NCBI GenBank assembly: GCA_000004985.1
Contig: GG738904.1
Strand: one strand, 5' to 3'
DNA from: Naegleria gruberi
Lineage: Eukaryota
Length of the DNA: 64,000 nt
Positions 34,676 through 44,286 of this stretch are shown here, one piece after another (the stretch's first letter is position 1; the number at the start of each line of letters is the position of its first letter). A program made the position numbers and the translations under genes. The notes under the pieces are model-generated. The model worked only from the letters and a program-made list of their open reading frames with translations, was not told where the DNA came from and did not search any database.

Positions 34676-35070
34676 TGGTGATGGTACCTGTCAGGTACCG
34701 TCACAGGTACTTGGCAGGTACGATTTTTACCATCACAGGTACCGTCACAGGTACTTGGCAGGTATCACAGGTACCATCAGGTACCATCAGGTACCATCAC
34801 AGGTACCGTCACAGGTGCAAATGGTACCTGACAAGTACAATCACAGGTACCGTCACAGGTATCTGAATTTCCTCACAGGTACCATCACAGGTACTTGGCA
34901 GGTATCACAGGTACCATCACAGGTACCATCACAGGTACCGTCACAAGTACTTGGACCATCACAAGTACCCTTACAAGGACTTGTAAGGTGCTCAACACGT
35001 ACCTACAGTGTCTGACAAGTATGGTACCTCACAATAACCATCACAGCTACAACAAACACCATAACAAATA
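34676..35070. repeat. Degenerate minisatellite, about 12-bp unit CACAGGTACC(R)T with a palindromic GGTACC core, about 28-30 units
   Basis: Direct reading: ...ggtaccgtcacaggtacttggcaggta...ggtaccatcacaggtaccatcacaggtaccgtcaca... It lies between the convergent 3' ends of ORF 34085-34618 and gene 35100-36299. Confidence 0.85.
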
Positions 35071-35099
35071 CTTTTTATATCTCCTCCAATCAACTATAT

Positions 35100-36299
35100 T
35101 TATTTGAAATATTTGGATTTCTTAATAGGTCTATGGACATTATGATCATTTTCTGAATCAGAACTAATACCACCTCTATCTGAAGAATCTTCTTCAACAT
35201 CTTCTTCTTCATCATCCTCTTCAACTTCACAATGATCAGCATTTCCAAAGCAAATATTGTACCAAATTGGAGGACCTTCATCAGACTTGTTACAATCATC
35301 TTTATCCATTTGCTTTTCAAAGAATAACTCCATTTCAAAGGCATCAAGTTCTTCATTCAATTGAATAACATCCTTAACAGGTGGTTCTATGATGGCTTCC
35401 TCTTCAATATAACCATTCTCATTGTAACGATTGATGAGAAGAACTGTTTCCTTTGAGGTGTCAAATATCTCTTCTTCCTCCTTCTCATTAAAATCAATAC
35501 TTTCATCATCTGCTATAGTTGCAGATTCCTTCTTTTCATACTCCACAATTAAATTCAAACCACTAACATCTGGTTTGATTACAAGACTGGAAAGCGTGTC
35601 TTCATTTAGAGATGGCAAATCATCATATGGGAAAACAATACTTTGAGTTTCACTAACGGATGAGTATCCATCTTGATCTGCTCTAGCCATTTCGACAGAA
35701 TCATCATCAGTGAGTGCATCATCTTCTGTTAGAATCAATGGTTCATTAAATACATCAACTTGTTCTTCCATCTGAGTTTCTGCACTTGATATAATCAATA
35801 AAGGTTGAACCAATTCATATCTCTCATTGGTGTAAGAGTAAAGGTCAATGTCATCATTGTTTAATAACAAGTTTAACAATGTTGAATTACTAGTCTGTGA
35901 AAGCACTTTTCCCTTCTTACTAAACTCTCCAACAAATGCTTGGAAATTGAATTCACTATTACATTGTTCCAACTCTTTGAAATAAATCAAAGAAGGGTTC
36001 ATTTCAAGTAAATCTGCCAAATCTTCTAATTTACTATCCATGGATAAAAAGTCATCATGCTTCTTCTCCTTAAAAATCAAAAGTAAGAGACAAAGTGCAA
36101 AATAATCACAAGAGTAATCTGCTGATAATCCATTAATATCATCTTGATTGATAGGATCGTTACCAAGCCAAAAAGATGTCAATTCCTTCCTTAGCTTGAT
36201 ATCCAAATAACAGAAATCACTGACAACTTCACTATAAAATTTCTTCTTTACTAATTCTTCTACTAAACACCACTTGTTGAAATATGTATTGTACAACAT
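35100..36299 (-). CDS. Acidic hypothetical protein (399 aa) inside the insertion
   Basis: Uninterrupted ORF from ATG 36299 with a D/E-rich C-terminal half (EVEEDDEEEDVEEDSSD). It is divergent from the Myb-endonuclease gene across a 345-bp spacer containing a (TA)n tract. Confidence 0.5.
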   Translation of the reverse strand: MLYNTYFNKWCLVEELVKKKFYSEVVSDFCYLDIKLRKELTSFWLGNDPINQDDINGLSADYSCDYFALCLLLLIFKEKKHDDFLSMDSKLEDLADLLEMNPSLIYFKELEQCNSEFNFQAFVGEFSKKGKVLSQTSNSTLLNLLLNNDDIDLYSYTNERYELVQPLLIISSAETQMEEQVDVFNEPLILTEDDALTDDDSVEMARADQDGYSSVSETQSIVFPYDDLPSLNEDTLSSLVIKPDVSGLNLIVEYEKKESATIADDESIDFNEKEEEEIFDTSKETVLLINRYNENGYIEEEAIIEPPVKDVIQLNEELDAFEMELFFEKQMDKDDCNKSDEGPPIWYNICFGNADHCEVEEDDEEEDVEEDSSDRGGISSDSENDHNVHRPIKKSKYFK

Positions 36300-36644
36300 G
36301 ATGGATTATTCCTTTTTTTTCAAAAACAAAAGCTTTCACACAACCTCGAGTCGTGTGAAATGTCTCACACTCTAATATTTTAATATTTTTATAAGGCTTG
36401 AATATATATATATATATATTGAAAAGGGATTGACCGAAACTGGAAGACACATTAATTGGATATCTAAAGAGACCAAACAAATTTTCCTCAGAATTGAAGA
36501 GTCACGTCGCTACGTCCCTCAAGACATCCACACAACTTTGCAAATTAATACAATTGAGAAAAAAAAACTACTTTTATTTTCGACTCAACTTTGTTACAAG
36601 TAACAACACACATCAAATTCCAACACAGAACTCAATATAGCAGA

Positions 36645-38966
36645 ATGATAAGAAAAAACTGGTTAAAAGAAGAAGAAGATCTTTTGGTCAAATTGGTAAA
36701 GGAAAAAGGCCACAATTGGACTGAAATTGCTCCCAACTTCGATGTTACTCCAAATGCCTGCCACAAAAAGTATAAGGATTTGTTAAAGAATCTTGGCAGG
36801 AAAAGATCGTTCTGGACTGATGAAATGAAAGCTAATCTCCTTAAATTAGCAAAAGAATATGCCGATAAAGGAATAGAGAAATGGAAGATTATTGAGGAAA
36901 AATTAGGAAAAGAAGCTAAAGCTTGCCAACAGCATTTTTATTATTTAGTCAAACAGCACGGGTTGGATTCTAATGATTTCAACAGCGTCAGACCATTTTG
37001 GACCATGGAAGAGAAGCGCGAATTGACTGAGTTAGTCAATTTGCATGGAAGGAAGTGGAAGAAAATTGAGAAACTAATTAGCTGCAACAGAGATGCTCAT
37101 TCTTGTCAGAGCCAGTTTATGCTATTAGAAAGTAGACAGAATGATCCAATTGAAAAGAAGTTGAACGATATCTTTCAAGCAACGACTTCAGAGACAGATT
37201 TGAATGAAATCTCTCTTTACGAATTCTTCAATATCCCAACAAGTAGATACAATGGGGTTCCAGCATCGACTTTGTTGGTGGATCAAGCAGATGAAGTTGA
37301 TGAAGAAACATTTCATCGTTCTTACATGGCTGGAGATACTGAATTTAGTGTACGTGAGGTTGCAACTGGTAGATTGGTCAGAAAAACCATTGAGGAGATT
37401 TATCTTTCCAGTGGAACATATGAAACATATAGTATTGAATCTGGATTTAATGTGGAAGAAATTGGTAAGTTTCGTTTCAATTACTATTTTCAAAGAATAA
37501 TAATAATGAAAGAATGTAAATTGTTTCCAGCAAATGAAGTATTAGAGTTGAGTGCTACTTGTTTCAAAGCAAAATTATATTTCAATGAATGTGCTCGAAT
37601 TGTTGAAGAGAAACGTTTCATATTTTCCGAACAAGTTCAAGTCCGTCCAGATGAGTGCAGTAGTGTGAGATTACCTGTATCAGATCTTCAAGACAATATG
37701 TTCATCATTAATAACTATCAATTGAAATCCAAGGAAAAGCTTGTAAGAACATCATTACCATGTGGTCAACTTACTGACACCACCCAAACAAAAGAATGTA
37801 AGTATTTTATGAATTATTCTCATAATATTTTAAAGATTTTGACATTTTGTTCAGAACTTTCCCAACTCTAGTTGACTCCAAAGACAAACAGGGAGTCATG
37901 GTTCAACTATTGGGAGCCTATTTAGCAGATGGTGATGGAGGATACTTTAAATTGTATTTTAATGCCAAAAATGAGCAAGAACTTACCTATTATTTTACAG
38001 ATTTCTTAAAAGAAATTTGTGAATTGAATTCAGAGACAATAAGAGAGGATCTTAAATTCAAGAAAGAGGAAGAGTATGTCACCATTAAGCTCAATGATAA
38101 GAATGCTGACAAGGATATTGAACGAGTCTTACAAAATGGTTATCAAATATCCGGGTCCATACTTGTTGCACCTGCATGGTATGTTTTTCACTTTCAATAC
38201 ATTTTTACTAGTAACAAATAGTACTGGCTTACACAGATTTTTAAAAGAAATAGAATTGTTATGTAATAAGTATAATGGCAGTTACCAAACTAGAAAGAAT
38301 TTCTCTTCCATCTTCAACATTACAAATTTTGGTATGTTTAGCTTGTACAAATTTTTCGAAGGTTCTGTACAAGGAGATGGCACATTAGAGAGTAATCGTG
38401 TAACGTTTGGTCAGAATTGTTCAATTTCAGATACTCACCAACAGTACTTTAATCAGGTCCACCATTGTGCAACCATGCTTGGGTTAAAGACTGGCGTGGG
38501 TAAAGTGTGTGAAGAAACTACAGGTTTGAAAATGACTGGTAAGAACATGACCATTTTTGAAAGTGAAGGACTTGAGAAAAAGAAAGTAAATGCAGATGTT
38601 GTGTTTAGACCATTTAATCTTACAGTTCAAAGATTAATAGGTGAATCAATGAAGAAGATGTACTGTTTCAAGAAGAGTAATCACTCCTTCCCAATGTTTA
38701 ATGGAATGATAGTGCAAAATGTTGATACTGATCTAGTTTCTGCTAAAATATGTTATGGGAATAGATGGGAAATTCGTGAAATGGACAACTATGAATCTGC
38801 TGCCACTTTCTGCTTGAAGAAATATATTGCTTCCTTAGGGTTTCCAAGTGACCGTATGACAAGAAATGCTGTAAGAAGATTAATACTAAAAATAGAAGGA
38901 ATAGTATCTGTTAAAAGAAAGCAAAAATCAAACAAGGAATCAAACAAGAAAGTTAAAACACAATAA
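36645..38966 (+). CDS. 3x Myb/SANT repeats fused to an intein-derived Hint domain with an embedded double-LAGLIDADG homing-endonuclease domain (HO-like architecture), 746 aa
   Basis: Exons 36645..37797, 37836..38178, 38222..38966; the 38-nt and 43-nt introns keep frame. Myb repeats: KNWLKEEEDLLVKLVKEKGHNWTEIA, SFWTDEMKANLL...KWKIIEEKL, PFWTMEEKRELTELVNLHGRKWKKIE. Intein block A YMAGDTEFSVREVATGRLVRKTIEEI; LAGLIDADG-1 QLLGAYLADGDGGY; LAGLIDADG-2 LYKFFEGSVQGDGT; blocks F/G KSNHSFPMFNGMIVQNV. Confidence 0.75.
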
Positions 38967-39060
38967 CATTTCAATTAAAGAATATATTTACTGAACTTTA
39001 TTAAATGACTTTTTATTTCTGAATAAACAAAAGTATATTGAGCACTTTTGCATCCATTTG

Positions 39061-39178
39061 AAAATTGACAATCATTTCTGCTGAAATGGTCATGTAAGAA
39101 GTATGAATTATGTCATTCTGGAAACTCTTCGTATTCATCCACCTGTAACATGTGTTTAGAGTTGCTAAGAAGACAACC
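39061..39178 (+). pseudogene. Orphan, frame-broken cytochrome P450 fragment (K-helix ExxR region) at the right edge of the insertion
   Basis: It reads ...MNYVILETLRIHPPVTCV*, then after a frame shift RVAKKTTT. At nucleotide level it is closer to P450 copy 2 (atgaactatgtc...attatggaaact) than to copy 1. It is out of order relative to the host gene. Confidence 0.55.
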
Positions 39179-39233
39179 ACATGAGGTTCGTGTTTTATAA
39201 TTAATTTTACAAGTGTTTAACAAAATATTTAAG

Positions 39234-39842
39234 ACGACTGCCACAACCATGCAATGGTTAATGTACGAATTGTCCAAGCGTCCAGAAGCTCAACAAAAGG
39301 CCAGAGAAGAAGCAATCAGAATTGGAGGAGGTGACAATGTTTTGAGAGCTCCAGATTTTGATGATTACAACAATATGGACTATATTCATGGTTGTGTAAT
39401 GGAATGCTTACGTCTCCATCCACCAGTCGTTTCCATGGTAAAAACCTGTGCCAAATCTACCAAAATTGGAAAAACAAGCATTCCAAAGGGATCTTGCATC
39501 TATGTAAATGCCAAGGCCTGTCACTTGTACGGTGAAGATTTTAACACCACTGAATTTACTGGTGCTCAATTCGCTCCAGAAAGATTTTTGGATAAGGATT
39601 TCAAACAAAAGGTTCAAACAAGTGGAGCATGGTTCCCATTCAATATGAGTAATAGAAAATGCATTGGTTACATGTTTGCCCAAATTGAATTGTGTATCAT
39701 GTTGTGTAGAATGTTGCAATTTTATGAATTCAAATTGTTGAATGATGAAAGTAAACCAGCTGAGAAGGTTGAAGATCTTCCTGGTATTACCTTTAGACCA
39801 TCTTCTAATTTGAAGGTTTTGGTAACAAGAAGAACAAAATAA
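39234..39842 (+). CDS. Cytochrome P450 (copy 1), 3' portion
   Basis: It begins TTATTMQWLMYEL, the continuation of AGHE|TT. It carries ECLRLHPP (ExxR), FAPERF and the heme loop FPFNMSNRKCIGYMFA. It is preceded by catgag (39180-39185) and a 48-nt GT-AG intron (39186-39233). Confidence 0.8.
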   Translation, partial: TTATTMQWLMYELSKRPEAQQKAREEAIRIGGGDNVLRAPDFDDYNNMDYIHGCVMECLRLHPPVVSMVKTCAKSTKIGKTSIPKGSCIYVNAKACHLYGEDFNTTEFTGAQFAPERFLDKDFKQKVQTSGAWFPFNMSNRKCIGYMFAQIELCIMLCRMLQFYEFKLLNDESKPAEKVEDLPGITFRPSSNLKVLVTRRTK

Positions 39843-39964
39843 ATATGAATGTGTAAATATTTATTATACTTAATATATTTAAATTATTGAAATATTGAAA
39901 TATTGAAATTGTAAAGTTTTTAAATAGTTTAAAAATAGAGTTTACAATTTTAAAAAAATAAAAA

Positions 39965-41035
39965 ATGTCTGATGACCAAAAACAAGAAGAAATTGCTTCG
40001 GAAGAAACCATGGAACATATCGCCCAACTGATCAACAAGGCAAGAAGAGTCGTTGTATTTTCTGGTGCTGGTATGAGTGCAGAGTCTGGAATTGATACTT
40101 TCAGAGGAGGAGGTGGTTTATGGACCGGATTGATGGGAAAATTGTTTTTGGCTTATGGAGGTGAGTGGATTTGTCTTTAAATTCGTGTTTATATATATTG
40201 GATATATTGGATTGTATTTAAAATTATTAAAATTATTTAAATATTATTTGATGGTAATTGATTGGAATAATTTATAAATTAATTATTCGTGTGATGATTA
40301 TATGAATGAATGAATTGATGGAATATGATAATATTAGGAACACCATTTGGATGGAATATAACACCACAGATTTGTTGGGGACAATATATTAAACGATTTT
40401 ATGGACCGATTGCTAAAGCTGATCCAAATAATGGACATTTTGCATTGGCCAAGTTGGAACAAGAAGTGTTTGGAGATTATATGGAAGTTATTACACAAAA
40501 TGTTGATGGATTGCATCAAAGAGCTGGATCAACTCATGTCTATGAAGTGCATGGTACAGTAATGAGACATTGCTGTATTGCTGAACGTCACATTTTCGAT
40601 TTTGATGAATATTGGGGAGAAGAGAATGATGAAAAGAAAATGGACTTGCCAGACAAGTCACCAAAATGCAAACATCCAGGGTGTAATAGTACACTTCGTC
40701 CTGATTGTGTCCTATTTACAGAAGCCCTGCCAATGGACCAATGGGAACCTTCTTTCCATGCAGTTGACAGAATGAGAAAGGGAGATGTCATGATTTGTGT
40801 TGGAACAAGTGCCAAGGTCTATCCAGCTGCTTCACTTCCTGGAAGAGCTGCCAGAAGAGGAGCTCATTTAATTGAATTCAATTTGGAAGAAACAGATTAC
40901 AATCAATTACCGAATTATATATTCGTTAAGGGTCCAAGTGGTCAAACACTTCCAACCATTGTAGATAGAGTAATTGAATTGAGAAATGCAAATCAATCAA
41001 TACCATCGGAAAATATTTCTCAAATTGTAGAATAA
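39965..41035 (+). CDS. Sir2-family NAD-dependent protein deacylase (CobB/SIRT5-like)
   Basis: Exons 39965..40160 and 40338..41035, with a 177-nt intron. Motifs: GAGMSAESGIDTFRGGGGLW, ITQNVDGLHQRAG, EVHG, CKHPGC...RPDCVLFTE, CVGTSAKVYPAASL. Confidence 0.85.
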
Positions 41036-41208
41036 TATATTGTAAATATTTTAACACAAAATGTAAAAACCAAATTATTAATAGTATTTAATATTGCTAT
41101 AAATTCAAAGTAGATTTCCTAATATTTCCAATTTTGAACATTCAACTGAACCGCCAAAACAAAATTTGAATCAAAAAAAACAAACAAATTACCACGTGTC
41201 AGACAAAG

Positions 41209-43332
41209 ATGACAGCAGCAACAGCAACGAGTAGTGGAAAGGATTTGCTTGTGCAATGCCTGGGACTTGTTGTCTTTTGTGTGGTGGGTGGTCTTTTCGT
41301 CTACTTTATTCCATCGGAACAATATGGAAAAGAGATGATGAACAAGATGACGAATCACGCAAAGATAAAAGATTTGATGAGTAGATTTACTTCTTTGGAA
41401 AGTAAAATAGTAAAGAAAGATAGAGAAACTATTCGAAATCTTTCACCTTCGTGTAAATTAGCACTTGTCGAGAATAGTTTAAAGACCAAACACGTTTCAC
41501 AATTCTTTTCAAGTATTCTACCAAGTGAAAAGTATGAGAAAATTGCCAACCAACTCTCGGAACAAGTTACAGATCAAACTTTTAACAAGTGTGAAAAACA
41601 AATTGATTTTACCAATTTAAAAATCAATTTGAATTTAGAAAAGTTGAAATCAAATCAAGAAATAGTTATTGATTTGAATTTTATGAAAAAGATGGAAGAA
41701 TTAAGTTTCCTTCAATCTTCATTACAACAAGAGCAACACAGTGGATCATGTTCTCAACGAGTGATTGAATCAATTTTAATTCAGAAAGAGTTGCACGATA
41801 TTTCAACACTTCATAATATTACAACACTCGATAAGGCAGTTAATTTTTATGGTCAATTGTGGCTTAGACAAGATTGTTCTGAATCTATTAGTACTATCAG
41901 CAAGTCGTCAGATTTGTTAAAGGAATATTCTCATTTGGTCAACCAACAGGATGTGGATAAGCTTTACCAATTATTGGATGTTGAACCATCTGATCATTTG
42001 AAACCTTTAGAACCAAGAGTGTTAAAATCAATTTTCCAAGAGCAAGAAAAGAAAATTGTAAATGCACAAATTGACAAGTTGGAAAAGCAAATTACTGAGC
42101 TGAAGAATACCATTGGTGAATTTGAAAATCAATCCAAAATCTTGTCTAGAACCATTTCAGAAAAGGAGAAGGAATACAAGATGTCCCTTGAAAAATCTCA
42201 AGCAGAAAATGACAAACTGCAAGTTTTAATAAGAGAAAAGCAAGTTTCCATCTCATCACTTGAATCCAAGCAAAAATCATTGACAGAAGAAGTGGTGAAT
42301 TATCAACGATCTGTATCTAATCTCAAAAGTGATTTGGAAAAGGAATTTGAGAAATATAAGGCTATCAATTTGAAGAATATTCAATTAGAAGATTCCAATA
42401 ACAAGCTCACTCAAAAATCAAAGGATTTTGAGAATGAAATCAAGAAGAAAATTCCTTCCCTTGAAGAAAATATTCAACTCTTGAATAAGGAAAAGACAAC
42501 AATGGAAAAACAAATTCAAGAACTCAAGAATTCAACCTACACCGATTTGATTTCTGGACGTGAAAAGCTTTTCAAGCAAGCTGAAGTATTACAACAAACT
42601 GGAAAGAATATTGACACTATTGGTGGCTTATTGAATCAATTCAATGAAACTCTTAAAGGAGACGAATCCCTTCGTGAAAGAATTGGACAACTCTTGGATA
42701 AATTAGAAAAACAACAAAAATCTCAAAAGGAATTGGAAGAAATAATGTCAAAATCCAAACATTTGGAAGTGGAAGGAAAGGAATGTTTCAGTGCTCTCAG
42801 CGTTTGTCGTGAAGAAAAGTCCAAACTCCTCAATGATAAGCAAGTTGAAAAGCTAGTTCTCAAAGTTTCTTCATTGGAAAAGAAAATTGAAGCCCTCAAT
42901 CAAGAAAAACAAGAATTAGTTTCCAAAGTTGGAGATTATTCGAATACCATCTCAGAAATTGAGCAGAAAAAGAATGAATCTATCGAAAGATCAGAAAACT
43001 TGTCGACCATTCTTGTGGATTTGAAATTAGAACATGTTGAAGAACAAAAACGAAACAAACTCACCATTGAAACTTTAGAACAAGAATTGAACGAAACAAG
43101 GCAATTACTCAATCAAACATCGACCCAACATTCAACAGAACATACTCAAAATGAACAATTACAAAACGAATTGACCAAAATTAAGGACCAATTTACCACT
43201 TGCCAAACCAGCAGTGAAACCATTCTCGAGGAAAATAGAAAACTTTTATTGGAATTGGAAGAAATTAAGAAGGACTTGGTTATTGCTCAATCTGCAAAGA
43301 TTGTTTCTGATTTGAAAGAGGAAGATAATTAA
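41209..43332 (+). CDS. Long coiled-coil protein with an N-terminal TM anchor
   Basis: 707-aa ORF. N-terminus LLVQCLGLVVFCVVGGLFVYFI, followed by more than 450 aa of heptad-like K/E/Q/L-rich sequence. Confidence 0.6.
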   Translation: MTAATATSSGKDLLVQCLGLVVFCVVGGLFVYFIPSEQYGKEMMNKMTNHAKIKDLMSRFTSLESKIVKKDRETIRNLSPSCKLALVENSLKTKHVSQFFSSILPSEKYEKIANQLSEQVTDQTFNKCEKQIDFTNLKINLNLEKLKSNQEIVIDLNFMKKMEELSFLQSSLQQEQHSGSCSQRVIESILIQKELHDISTLHNITTLDKAVNFYGQLWLRQDCSESISTISKSSDLLKEYSHLVNQQDVDKLYQLLDVEPSDHLKPLEPRVLKSIFQEQEKKIVNAQIDKLEKQITELKNTIGEFENQSKILSRTISEKEKEYKMSLEKSQAENDKLQVLIREKQVSISSLESKQKSLTEEVVNYQRSVSNLKSDLEKEFEKYKAINLKNIQLEDSNNKLTQKSKDFENEIKKKIPSLEENIQLLNKEKTTMEKQIQELKNSTYTDLISGREKLFKQAEVLQQTGKNIDTIGGLLNQFNETLKGDESLRERIGQLLDKLEKQQKSQKELEEIMSKSKHLEVEGKECFSALSVCREEKSKLLNDKQVEKLVLKVSSLEKKIEALNQEKQELVSKVGDYSNTISEIEQKKNESIERSENLSTILVDLKLEHVEEQKRNKLTIETLEQELNETRQLLNQTSTQHSTEHTQNEQLQNELTKIKDQFTTCQTSSETILEENRKLLLELEEIKKDLVIAQSAKIVSDLKEEDN

Positions 43333-43404
43333 ACCTTTCAAATCAGCATCCTTAATACAATTTACATATTTACAAATTGAATATTTATTATCAAGAAATT
43401 ATTA

Positions 43405-43896
43405 TTAGTAGTAGAATGGTTGATTGTATCCATAACAAGATTGAGATGGTTGTTGATATATTGGATTGAACATTTGATTTTGTGGATACCACATTGGATT
43501 TGGTAATTGACCTTGTTGAGAATACATTGGTTGTTGCTGTTGTAGTGGTGGTGGTGGTGGATATATGACAAGTTGTTGAGCATTACTACTTGGTTGACAA
43601 TAACCATATCCATTCACAGGTTGTGGAAATGGACACATTGGAGGTGGTGGAGGAATGAAACATTGATATGAATATTCATTTATCAACTTGACTTTCAAAG
43701 TACCCATCTGCCAACCCTCACATTTCAAATCAAGATACTTTGATTCACCATCCAATAAATCTCGTAAACGAACTGAGGCTTCATAAAACTTGCCATTGTT
43801 AAAAACTTTAAAGTAGATTCGATCCGTTCCAATGGAAGGAGGATCGAATAGAGTGCTGGTTTCCCAAGGATAAACAGTTGCCTTTAGTTTGACCAT
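43405..43896 (-). CDS. Small protein with a beta-rich N-terminal domain and a P/Q/Y-rich tail
   Basis: ATG at 43896 (the track start at 43929 is TTG). The peptide is MVKLKATVYPWETS...GTLKVKLINEY, then PPPPPMCPFPQP...YPPPPPLQQQQP. Confidence 0.45.
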   Translation of the reverse strand: MVKLKATVYPWETSTLFDPPSIGTDRIYFKVFNNGKFYEASVRLRDLLDGESKYLDLKCEGWQMGTLKVKLINEYSYQCFIPPPPPMCPFPQPVNGYGYCQPSSNAQQLVIYPPPPPLQQQQPMYSQQGQLPNPMWYPQNQMFNPIYQQPSQSCYGYNQPFYY

Positions 43897-44252
43897 TAGT
43901 TTTTTGTTGAGTGTTTCGAATAGTTTCAATTTCTTTGTGTTCTACCAATGGCAGAATTTCAAATTAAAAAAGAAAATTACTATAACAGTAAAGTGAATAT
44001 TACCAATCCAAAACTGAAAGTTTTCCTTAGTTGGAATTCATCTACGCTATGATTATTTTCTTCAGATACATTTCATAACATTTTTATGGTCAATTCTGCC
44101 TTTGAGTACAACTTATATATATTAAGGGAATTTTCTCAGAAAATTAAATCCAATCAAAAATCCTTGTCAGAAGAAAAGTGAAGTCTTATCAACACAGTTT
44201 CAAATCAATATATCAAACGTGATAGCAATCTAAGCAAACAAAAGTATTTTTC

Positions 44253-44266
44253 CGAAACGTGATTTC
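44253..44266 (+). promoter_or_regulatory. CGAAACGTGATTTC promoter motif, 21 nt upstream of the RING-H2 gene ATG
   Basis: The same motif recurs three more times at 45001-45043, and a shorter AAACGTGA lies at 44215-44222. Confidence 0.4.
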
Positions 44267-44286
44267 ATAAATTCTTCATAAAAAAA

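Noticed and set aside
34660-35107. Three overlapping ORFs encoding GTITGTVTG, VPSQVPSQ and RYRHRY repeats
   Set aside because: All three frames are open because of the 12-bp periodic minisatellite. There is no start context or non-repeat domain, so I treated it as non-coding repeat.
34090-39179. Search for terminal inverted repeats at the ends of the P450 insertion, and around the RAG1-like gene (59533-59566, 62546-62650)
   Set aside because: The ends (tattgaaaatcag... / ...gaagacaaccac) show no inverted complementarity, and no CAC-initiated TIR pair was seen around the transposase. I therefore did not call a classical TIR transposon in either place.
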